DNA of 64,000 nucleotides from NCBI RefSeq assembly GCF_053078305.1, contig NZ_CP166879.1; one strand, 5' to 3'. Shown piece by piece: positions 57,918 to 64,000 of this stretch (position 1 is its first letter; each line of letters starts with the position of its first letter). The notes under the pieces were generated by a model. It saw only the letters and a program-made list of their open reading frames with translations, ran no database searches and was not told where the DNA came from. The position numbers and the translations under genes were made by a program.

Positions 57918-58849
57918 ATCACCACCATTTCACTGTTTTCTTTTTCCAGACGTTTTTTTGCAACAGCGAAATACCGGTCATCCTTTTCTATTCCGGTAAA
58001 CCGTCTCCCCGTCCGGATACATGCAACACCTGTTGAACCACTCCCCATAGTAAAATCCAGTACCCTGTCGCCAGGGTTGCTGTACGTCTGAATCAGCTCT
58101 TCCAGTAATGCAACTGGCTTCTGGGTCGGATGCCATCGCTCCCGCTCCCGCGCGTACTCCAGAATATTTGCGCGGTATTTTTTCCCCTGAGGGAGATTAA
58201 AAACCACAGTGCCGTAACCGGAATTCACTTTGCACATTTCTTCATATGTCATGAAACCCGGCATACGGTCGATACCAAAGCGTTTAATTAACTCGTTGTA
58301 CGTATCCTGTGAGCAGAGGGAAAACTGGACTGTGTTCACGCGAAAAAAATGCTCTGCCCGACAGTGCCCCAGTGTTTTGTTAACTTCCTTGTCTGTCCTG
58401 TGGCCAATGAAAGAAAGGATATTTCGGGCGTACTCCCTCAGCGGGTGGTTTTTCTCACTGTCATATTTTTTCCGGAAAACAACGATATCCTCGAATAAAG
58501 ATACAGGTGCTTTTTTTACTGAAAGCGGGTTGGGGAAATGCTCCTTCTTCCACACCATACGATATAAAAACGGCAGGTTTTTATCCGCCAGAGTAATCAT
58601 CGTGCTTGTATGCGGCTCCTGGCTGAACATGACCAGCACACCGCCCACCCTCAGCAGTCGTTCGCACTGTGTGAAAATATCTTCAGGATTTAAGGCATCG
58701 TCCCATGCTGTCGTACTCTTATCCCATGTACGGAGTGTAAGCCCTTTAATGGTTCCATACGGCGGGTCACATAAAACCAGGTCAACACTTCCCGGTAGTA
58801 ATGAAGGCATAACATCAAGACAGTCACCGGAATACAGTACACATTTCAT
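57914..58849 (-). CDS. DNA methyltransferase, beta-class (N6-adenine or N4-cytosine), no restriction partner seen
   Basis: 311 aa; motif IV DPPY near N-terminus and motif [10 protein letters not shown] near C-terminus; stop overlaps Rz start. Confidence 0.8.
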
Positions 58850-58856
58850 GTTTCTG

Positions 58857-58988
58857 TCACCCCACCAGCCCTGACAGAGTTAAGACGCGCCAGGCAGTGG
58901 AAAAGCAAATAGCAACCAGCATTAGTGAAAATGAAATGCCGACGATTACACAGAGGATCTTCGCCAGCATTATGAGTTTGTCTGACAT
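58857..58988 (-). CDS. hypothetical 43-aa single-TM protein
   Basis: MSDKLIMLAKILCVIVGISFSLMLVAICFSTAWRVLTLSGLVG with strong SD GGGAGG; stop 8 nt before the methyltransferase ATG. Confidence 0.45.
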   Translation of the reverse strand: MSDKLIMLAKILCVIVGISFSLMLVAICFSTAWRVLTLSGLVG

Positions 58989-59002
58989 GTTTAATCCTCC
59001 CT

Positions 59003-59186
59003 TCACGATTTCAACGCAATGACCAGTTTTGCCAGCCCATACAGCATCGGAGACACAGCGATACCGACCGCCACCCACTTAATAGCAAAAGCCAGTGCTC
59101 TGCTGATGTCATCAGTTACTGGCGCTTTCAGTTCAAGGCCGTTTTTCATAGTCAACCTCAACAGAATTCGTTTATACTTTTCCATG
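59003..59186 (-). CDS. hypothetical 60-aa protein with C-terminal TM helix
   Basis: MEKYKRILLRLTMKNGLELKAPVTDDISRALAFAIKWVAVGIAVSPMLYGLAKLVIALKS; SD GGGAG; track ORF allows upstream start at 59218. Confidence 0.45.
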
Positions 59187-59218
59187 TTCTCCCTTGCCTT
59201 ATCCAAGGTCAGAAACAC

Positions 59219-59259
59219 AAAACCCCGCTTGCTGCCAACAAACGGGGTTTTTACTTTTA
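59219..59259. terminator. strong hairpin between R and the small-ORF/methyltransferase cassette
   Basis: AAAACCCCG-CTTGCTGCCAACAAA-CGGGGTTTT with T-rich runs on both sides. Confidence 0.5.
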
Positions 59260-59341
59260 TTCACTTACATTTTGCCAGTTCGCAGGATTTCGTGTTATCC
59301 GTCCATGTAAGCAAACCTCATTTTTCAGCAAAATATTCTGC

Positions 59342-59875
59342 TTATCTGTCGATTTCCCAGCACGCCAGCGCGCTCTCCTGGTCTCTCCGGGATACCTGAC
59401 CGTAACAGTTATTTGAGCGAATACGGCAGTCTCTGCCACCGTCCTTAATCCACCAGCGAATCGCCTCACACGCTCCCCTGCGATCGCCTGCATTAATTCG
59501 TTTATAAAACGTCGACGGGAAACACTTACCTGGGCCAATGTTGTAAGGACAGAATGACGCGATCCCCGCTTTCTGGGGTTCAGTCAGTGGCACTTTGATG
59601 TTTTTCGCCACCCATGCCAGCGCCTTATCACGTTCAATGGCGTTAACCTGGTCGCATTTTTCCTTCGACAGCTTCATGCCAGGGACGACAGGCTTACCAT
59701 CCACCCGGGTGGCACCACGGCAGATGGTCCAGATACCCGCACCATCACGGTATGCCGTGCTGTGGTTACCTTCTTTTTCGTCAAGAAACTGGTCGAGGAT
59801 TTCAGGCGCAGGCGCACCTGCGGCAATCAGCGCCAGAACAGCAGCTGACAGGCCGTATTTGATTTTTGCGTTCAT
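59342..59875 (-). CDS. R: SAR-type endolysin (T4-lysozyme-like muramidase)
   Basis: 177 aa; weakly hydrophobic Gly/Ala-rich N-terminus KYGLSAAVLALIAAGAPAP; catalytic E-x8-D-x5-T in EGNHSTAYRDGAGIWT. Confidence 0.88.
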   Translation of the reverse strand: MNAKIKYGLSAAVLALIAAGAPAPEILDQFLDEKEGNHSTAYRDGAGIWTICRGATRVDGKPVVPGMKLSKEKCDQVNAIERDKALAWVAKNIKVPLTEPQKAGIASFCPYNIGPGKCFPSTFYKRINAGDRRGACEAIRWWIKDGGRDCRIRSNNCYGQVSRRDQESALACWEIDR

Positions 59876-59911
59876 GTATATATTAAATATTCAGCCGCTG
59901 TCCCTGGCCCA

Positions 59912-60898
59912 CTAAATACGCACTTTAAGATAAGTCAGCCCCGGCTGGATCCAGCCATCAGGCTCTTTCTTAAAGGGTGGCGTATTGAAATCACAAAGAA
60001 GAGCCTCCCGCACCGCAGCATCCCTGTCTGCACCACTGGCAAGTGCTTCAATCTCTGCCGCCAGCTGCAGATATCCCATGCAGCGACCAATGCGCTTCAT
60101 CAGCCCCTGTTTTTTATTGTTCTTCAGGTAATCAATGGCAAATTCAATGAGCGTCTCACTGTGCTGGTGCGATGGCGGTGTTACTTTTCCATTTTCTGAT
60201 ATGGTGATTTTCCCGTCATCACCGGATACAACAAAGGATGGCCGGTTACACTCCCGTTCCTGGTTTTTGTCCGACACAGGCACAGTAAAATCACTTTCAT
60301 GCCCGTTTTTACGACAGTCCTCGCCACGTACCGCAGCAAATACCGACAAGGCATACTCCTTTGCTCTCGCTTCATAGTCGCTGAATGTTGTTTTCGGATC
60401 GTAGTCTTCCCTGTACATAACCGACAGAACTTCCTCATGATCAATATGAACACTGACCACGCTGCCTATTCTTTTGGTCAGCACAAGACGAGAATCTTCC
60501 CCGACTTTCACTCCTGGTGTCACACGTGCCGGAAGCTCCACATTAACCATCGCGCTCTGCACATCATCAGGCGCATTTTTTACCGGTTCGTTGACCTTTT
60601 CACGCCCCGGGTAAGTGGCGATTTTTTCCGGCATTGTCCATGAAGAAATATTCTGAAAGCCACATCGCGCAGTCCCTTCGCGTAATCCGAGAGCCGCATC
60701 CATGAAAAACTGCTTCGCCTGTTTTTTCGCCTCAGCTTCGTAAAATTCCAGCGTGGCACCTTCAGTACGGTCAAGACTAATCGCCACATATGGCGACAAC
60801 AACGACGGCTGACCGGCAATTTCCAGTGCCACCGTAACAGTTATCTTATCCGGGTAATGATTTATCCCTTTTACAACCAGTTCATATTTGTTATTCAT
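59912..60898 (-). CDS. hypothetical 328-aa protein inserted between holin and endolysin
   Basis: ORF MNNKYELVVKGINHYPDKITVTVALEIAGQ... starts 4 nt after S stop with GGGGAGAG SD; no TM or signal peptide; no family recognised. Confidence 0.7.
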   Translation of the reverse strand: MNNKYELVVKGINHYPDKITVTVALEIAGQPSLLSPYVAISLDRTEGATLEFYEAEAKKQAKQFFMDAALGLREGTARCGFQNISSWTMPEKIATYPGREKVNEPVKNAPDDVQSAMVNVELPARVTPGVKVGEDSRLVLTKRIGSVVSVHIDHEEVLSVMYREDYDPKTTFSDYEARAKEYALSVFAAVRGEDCRKNGHESDFTVPVSDKNQERECNRPSFVVSGDDGKITISENGKVTPPSHQHSETLIEFAIDYLKNNKKQGLMKRIGRCMGYLQLAAEIEALASGADRDAAVREALLCDFNTPPFKKEPDGWIQPGLTYLKVRI

Positions 60899-60902
60899 CG
60901 CT

Positions 60903-61118
60903 TTACTCTCCCCGGGCCGCCTTACGCCGGTCTTCTCTGATTTTAAAATACAGGTTCGTCAGGTATGTCAGCAGACCAAACAGCAGACTCCCCAGCACGC
61001 CTATTGCCGCCCACTGAGACGGGGAAACCCTGTCCAGCAACTGCAGGAACCAGTAGCCCGTTCCCACCGCTGACGTGGTGTATGACACACCTGTTGTGAT
61101 TTTTTCCATCTGGTACAT
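60903..61118 (-). CDS. S: pinholin S (phage-21 S-like) with dual-start motif
   Basis: 71 aa [71 protein letters not shown]; Met1 and Met4 starts; two TM segments. Confidence 0.88.
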   Translation of the reverse strand: MYQMEKITTGVSYTTSAVGTGYWFLQLLDRVSPSQWAAIGVLGSLLFGLLTYLTNLYFKIREDRRKAARGE

Positions 61119-61194
61119 ACCCCGTCTCCCGCAATCCGGAAGCTCACAACAATATAAAGACCACCGGCACACACCGATGGTCCCTTGCGCATGC

Positions 61195-61440
61195 TTACAT
61201 CATCATGTCGCTGTCAGGTGTGGGTTCACCGCCATCTGAAGCACTCCCCTCACCCGCAATGCCTTCCGGCTCCGGAACTGCCGGTGCGCCCAGCAGTTCA
61301 TCCAGAATGGCATCCACTTCTGCATCAAGACGCGCCTCAAGGTTCTGGCGGAGTTTCTGTTTCAGTGCGCTCAGGACTTCTTCAGAGCGCAGGACTTCCT
61401 TCACTGCCTCTGCAGTGACCAGGGATGTAATTTCTGACAT
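61195..61440 (-). CDS. hypothetical acidic 81-aa protein
   Basis: [51 protein letters not shown]...DSDMMM; internal Met of track ORF 61195..61614; weak SD. Confidence 0.35.
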   Translation of the reverse strand: MSEITSLVTAEAVKEVLRSEEVLSALKQKLRQNLEARLDAEVDAILDELLGAPAVPEPEGIAGEGSASDGGEPTPDSDMMM

Positions 61441-61480
61441 GGGATTTTCTCGTCGAAAGGTGTGATTAAGAAAGTTGCAG

Positions 61481-61660
61481 CTAAATGAGCGGCTCTTCGG
61501 GTTTGCTTCCGGCTGACTGACTGGCGCTGATTTTCTCTGCGGCCCTTTTATCAATCTGCCTGCGCCAGAAATCGCGCACTGCCCTGTACCCACCCGAAAG
61601 AAGATACAGCACACAGACCGCCGTACAGAAGTACAGCATCACCTGATGAATAAATGTCAT
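61481..61660 (-). CDS. hypothetical 59-aa membrane protein
   Basis: Hand translation MTFIHQVMLYFCTAVCVLYLLSGGYRAVRDFWRRQIDKRAAEKISASQSAGSKPEEPLI; below track cutoff; weak SD; coordinates approximate. Confidence 0.35.
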   Translation of the reverse strand: MTFIHQVMLYFCTAVCVLYLLSGGYRAVRDFWRRQIDKRAAEKISASQSAGSKPEEPLI

Positions 61661-61798
61661 AATTTCTTACCGTTATGGTTGACAATAAAAACTGTTTTCA
61701 TTTAAAAAACAACCGATGTACGAAAGCATCTTTTCTTTACATTCTCCATTGGGATTACCTCCGCCAGCTTCCATTCCTGCCGCTGGCGGCTTTTTTTA

Positions 61799-63766
61799 TC
61801 ATGCCGCGACGTCCGCGTTGTTCACTTCCACCTTCACACTGTCAATCAGCAGCGTATATGCCGCCGCCTTTGATATGTCTGTCAGTTGCAGTTTGTCCGC
61901 CGACCCTGATGCCGGAGATTTCACCAGTGTGAACGGTGTACCCCGTTTCTCATCCAGTACCGGCATCACCTGAATGCTGTTGTTTCCGGCAAACTCAAAA
62001 GCCAGTGTGTGCCATCCGTTATCAAAGACCCCGAACGTATCCAGCTTCGCATTCTGCTTCTTGTGGTACATCGCGTTCAGGTTCGTCGCATCCGTCTGCA
62101 GGAAGAAGGACATCAGCATGTCGTTGCCTTCCTCTGACAGCGTCACTCCCTCCGGCAGGGACGGCAACTGCCAGTAAATACCCAGGGCAAACTGATTCGG
62201 CACCAGTGCGCCCGGCACCTTAAACCGCACGCTCACACGTCCGCCTTTCTTCAGCAACTCTGCTCCCTGCCCGGCGGCATCATGCTCCAGAAACCAGATG
62301 TGGCTTTCCGGTTTGTTCAGTTGCAGGGCCTTACCACCGGTGGCACCCTCATCACTGACCACAGCCTCAGCGATGTTTTTATCAACACTGTCTCCGCTCG
62401 CCGGTTTGTGATAATAGCGCCAGCCCTGTGATGCCAGGTCTTCACCGGACGCCAGCAGACTCATCAGGGTTCGGTTACTGACCGGGGCTTCCGGCTCTCT
62501 CTCCGGGCCTTCACCGGAAGGTCCGGTGGGCTTCACCGTATCAGGCTGTTTTCCGGTAATGAATTCAGCGGTTCTCCCGGCATGCACCAGAATCGCCGTT
62601 GCCAGACGGTCGGAAATAATCCCACGGCGTGCCCAGGTGCTGAAATGGCTGGCCCTGTCCACAGATGTCCAGGTCTTCTGGTCATTACGCCACTTTGAAC
62701 CGTAATAACCGACGGCTTCCAGGTCCGGGTCTTCTGCCGGGTCATTGGTCTGCACATTCGCACCATTCTCATCCGTCATTAACGGTACAAAGAAAATGTT
62801 CTGCGACTCCTTACCCTTATACCCTCCGTATACTGATGCATACCCTTCCGCATGACGCTGCTTCCAGAAATACGTTGTGTCCCCGCAAATCCACGGTACC
62901 GTTGATGCGCTGCCTCCTGTGCACTGTGATGCCTGACCGGCAAGGTCCGTTCTGAACTGATTCACCATCGCACTAAACAGCCCCGGATGCTGCGCATGCG
63001 TCCCCACTGCCGCATCACCTTCTCCCTGCATCCACACCACCGCAAGCAGACGGTTTTTCGGGTTCTTCGCCAGTGCGGCTTTAGTCCGGCTCACCAAATC
63101 CTGATACAGCGGCTTACCCACACCCCAGCGCAGTGAATTTTCCGATGCACCGGCTGATTCGCTGTATGTGCCGTCTGCACCCGTTGTGAATGCCGAAGCA
63201 CCACGGCAGCACGGAACCAGCAAAATGCCCGCATTCGCCGGTATAAACGGCAGCAGTTTTTTGGCGATATGCAGCCCCTGCCCCACGGTTCCGTACTGCC
63301 CCTTTGACAGGTCCGCTTTCGGATGGTTAAGACGGCTCATGTCCTGCACATCATGCAGACAATGGTCCGCCGGAATAATGTCGTTATACTTACAGGCGGC
63401 ACCGCCCGGTGTCACCGTACTGCGACGCGCCAGCTGCTTAATACGCGGGTCCGGACGGTCATATGTCTCCGGCAGCGGAAGGCCTTCACCATACGACATG
63501 CCGTTTGACTGCCCCGCCAGAACAACAACAAAGTAATACTCCGGTTCGCTGGTGGCGCTGATAACTGTGCCTTCTCCATCCGACGGCTTCACCACCACAG
63601 GTGTGGTGACATCACCTTCCGCCGCAATAGCCTGCATCAGGGTATAAGGCGTGATGGCCACCGGACTGCCAAATGGCTGCCACCCCTCCTTCAGTTTTTG
63701 AGTCAGTCGCTCCGCAAGGTCTGACGGCGACGCCGCCCTGACCACGTCATAGTGTTTAAATGCCAT
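61799..63766 (-). CDS. prophage NanS-p-type sialate O-acetylesterase (SGNH/SASA domain)
   Basis: 655 aa; esterase motif VVLAGQSNGMSYG; GGGAGG SD; located upstream of the lysis genes where Stx phages carry stx and nanS-p. Confidence 0.8.
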   Translation of the reverse strand: MAFKHYDVVRAASPSDLAERLTQKLKEGWQPFGSPVAITPYTLMQAIAAEGDVTTPVVVKPSDGEGTVISATSEPEYYFVVVLAGQSNGMSYGEGLPLPETYDRPDPRIKQLARRSTVTPGGAACKYNDIIPADHCLHDVQDMSRLNHPKADLSKGQYGTVGQGLHIAKKLLPFIPANAGILLVPCCRGASAFTTGADGTYSESAGASENSLRWGVGKPLYQDLVSRTKAALAKNPKNRLLAVVWMQGEGDAAVGTHAQHPGLFSAMVNQFRTDLAGQASQCTGGSASTVPWICGDTTYFWKQRHAEGYASVYGGYKGKESQNIFFVPLMTDENGANVQTNDPAEDPDLEAVGYYGSKWRNDQKTWTSVDRASHFSTWARRGIISDRLATAILVHAGRTAEFITGKQPDTVKPTGPSGEGPEREPEAPVSNRTLMSLLASGEDLASQGWRYYHKPASGDSVDKNIAEAVVSDEGATGGKALQLNKPESHIWFLEHDAAGQGAELLKKGGRVSVRFKVPGALVPNQFALGIYWQLPSLPEGVTLSEEGNDMLMSFFLQTDATNLNAMYHKKQNAKLDTFGVFDNGWHTLAFEFAGNNSIQVMPVLDEKRGTPFTLVKSPASGSADKLQLTDISKAAAYTLLIDSVKVEVNNADVAA

Positions 63767-63865
63767 GAATCCTCCCGGTCGGGATAATGTTGTGAGTCAG
63801 ATAAGGGGCGGGCTGAAGTCCGGAAGTTACAGGACAATGGCAGGAGGAAGACTACAGCCCGCAAT

Positions 63866-63892
63866 ACGAAAAAGGCCGCGCAGTTGCGCAGA
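63866..63892 (-). terminator. tR'-like intrinsic terminator upstream of the late genes
   Basis: Minus strand CTGCGC-AACT-GCGCGG followed by CCTTTTTCG. Confidence 0.45.
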
Positions 63893-63963
63893 GTGATTAC
63901 TGTCGGGTATTATTCGCCAGCTGAAAAATTGATTACTTCACGTTTTGTTGTTTATTCCTTGCT

Positions 63964-63992
63964 GCCCGCATCTCACCATGCGGGCTTTTTTT
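63964..63992 (+). terminator. terminator-like hairpin at window end (orientation ambiguous)
   Basis: GCCCGCAT-CTCACC-ATGCGGGC followed by TTTTTTT on the plus strand, A-run on the other side. Confidence 0.4.
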
Positions 63993-64000
63993 ATCCATAA

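Larger units (their letters stand above)
33996..64000 (-). mobile_element. lambda-like prophage, tail/late/lysis portion (early region and far junction beyond window)
   Basis: Complete lambda late gene order Nu1 through tfa on the minus strand plus cosN and lysis genes; replaces yccA next to serT; left boundary not precisely mapped. Confidence 0.88.

Noticed and set aside
1-64000. CRISPR arrays, rRNA genes, insertion sequences
   Set aside because: No regularly spaced direct repeats, no rRNA-like sequence and no transposase ORFs seen; K-12 carries no IS between cspH and gfcA in this strain either

Overview
Escherichia coli chromosome. Positions 1-33990 are core genome, collinear with the K-12 22-min region in inverted orientation: agp (5' part), yccE, cbpA-cbpM, the tor locus (torD-torA-torC, torR, torT, torS) with its TorR-box promoter, yccM, gnsA-ymcE, cspG, cspH, gfcABCDE-etp-etk, appA-appX-appB-appC, hyaFEDCBA and tRNA-Ser (serT). 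From about 34000 to the window end, where K-12 has yccA, the sequence is a lambda-like prophage seen from its tail end, with all late genes on the minus strand: tfa, stf (collagen-like), a Hok-family toxin gene where lambda has lom, J, I, K, L, M, H, T, G, V, U, Z, FII, FI, E, D, C, B, W, A, Nu1 and cos (GGGCGGCGACCT). Beyond cos lies the lysis region: Rz/Rz1, a SAR-type endolysin R and a pinholin S, interrupted by cargo genes, then two small ORFs, a NanS-p-type sialate O-acetylesterase and a tR'-like terminator. The early region, integrase and far junction lie beyond position 64000. The best candidates for undescribed biology are the cargo genes inside the late/lysis operon: a 328-aa unknown protein between S and R, and a DNA methyltransferase with two tiny membrane ORFs between R and Rz. 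Gene identities rest on my recognition of the translated proteins and on synteny; no database search was run. Coordinates I derived by hand for small features may be off by 1-3 nt, because my reading of the sequence text disagreed with the ORF track by 1-2 nt in two places; ORF-track coordinates were used wherever available.
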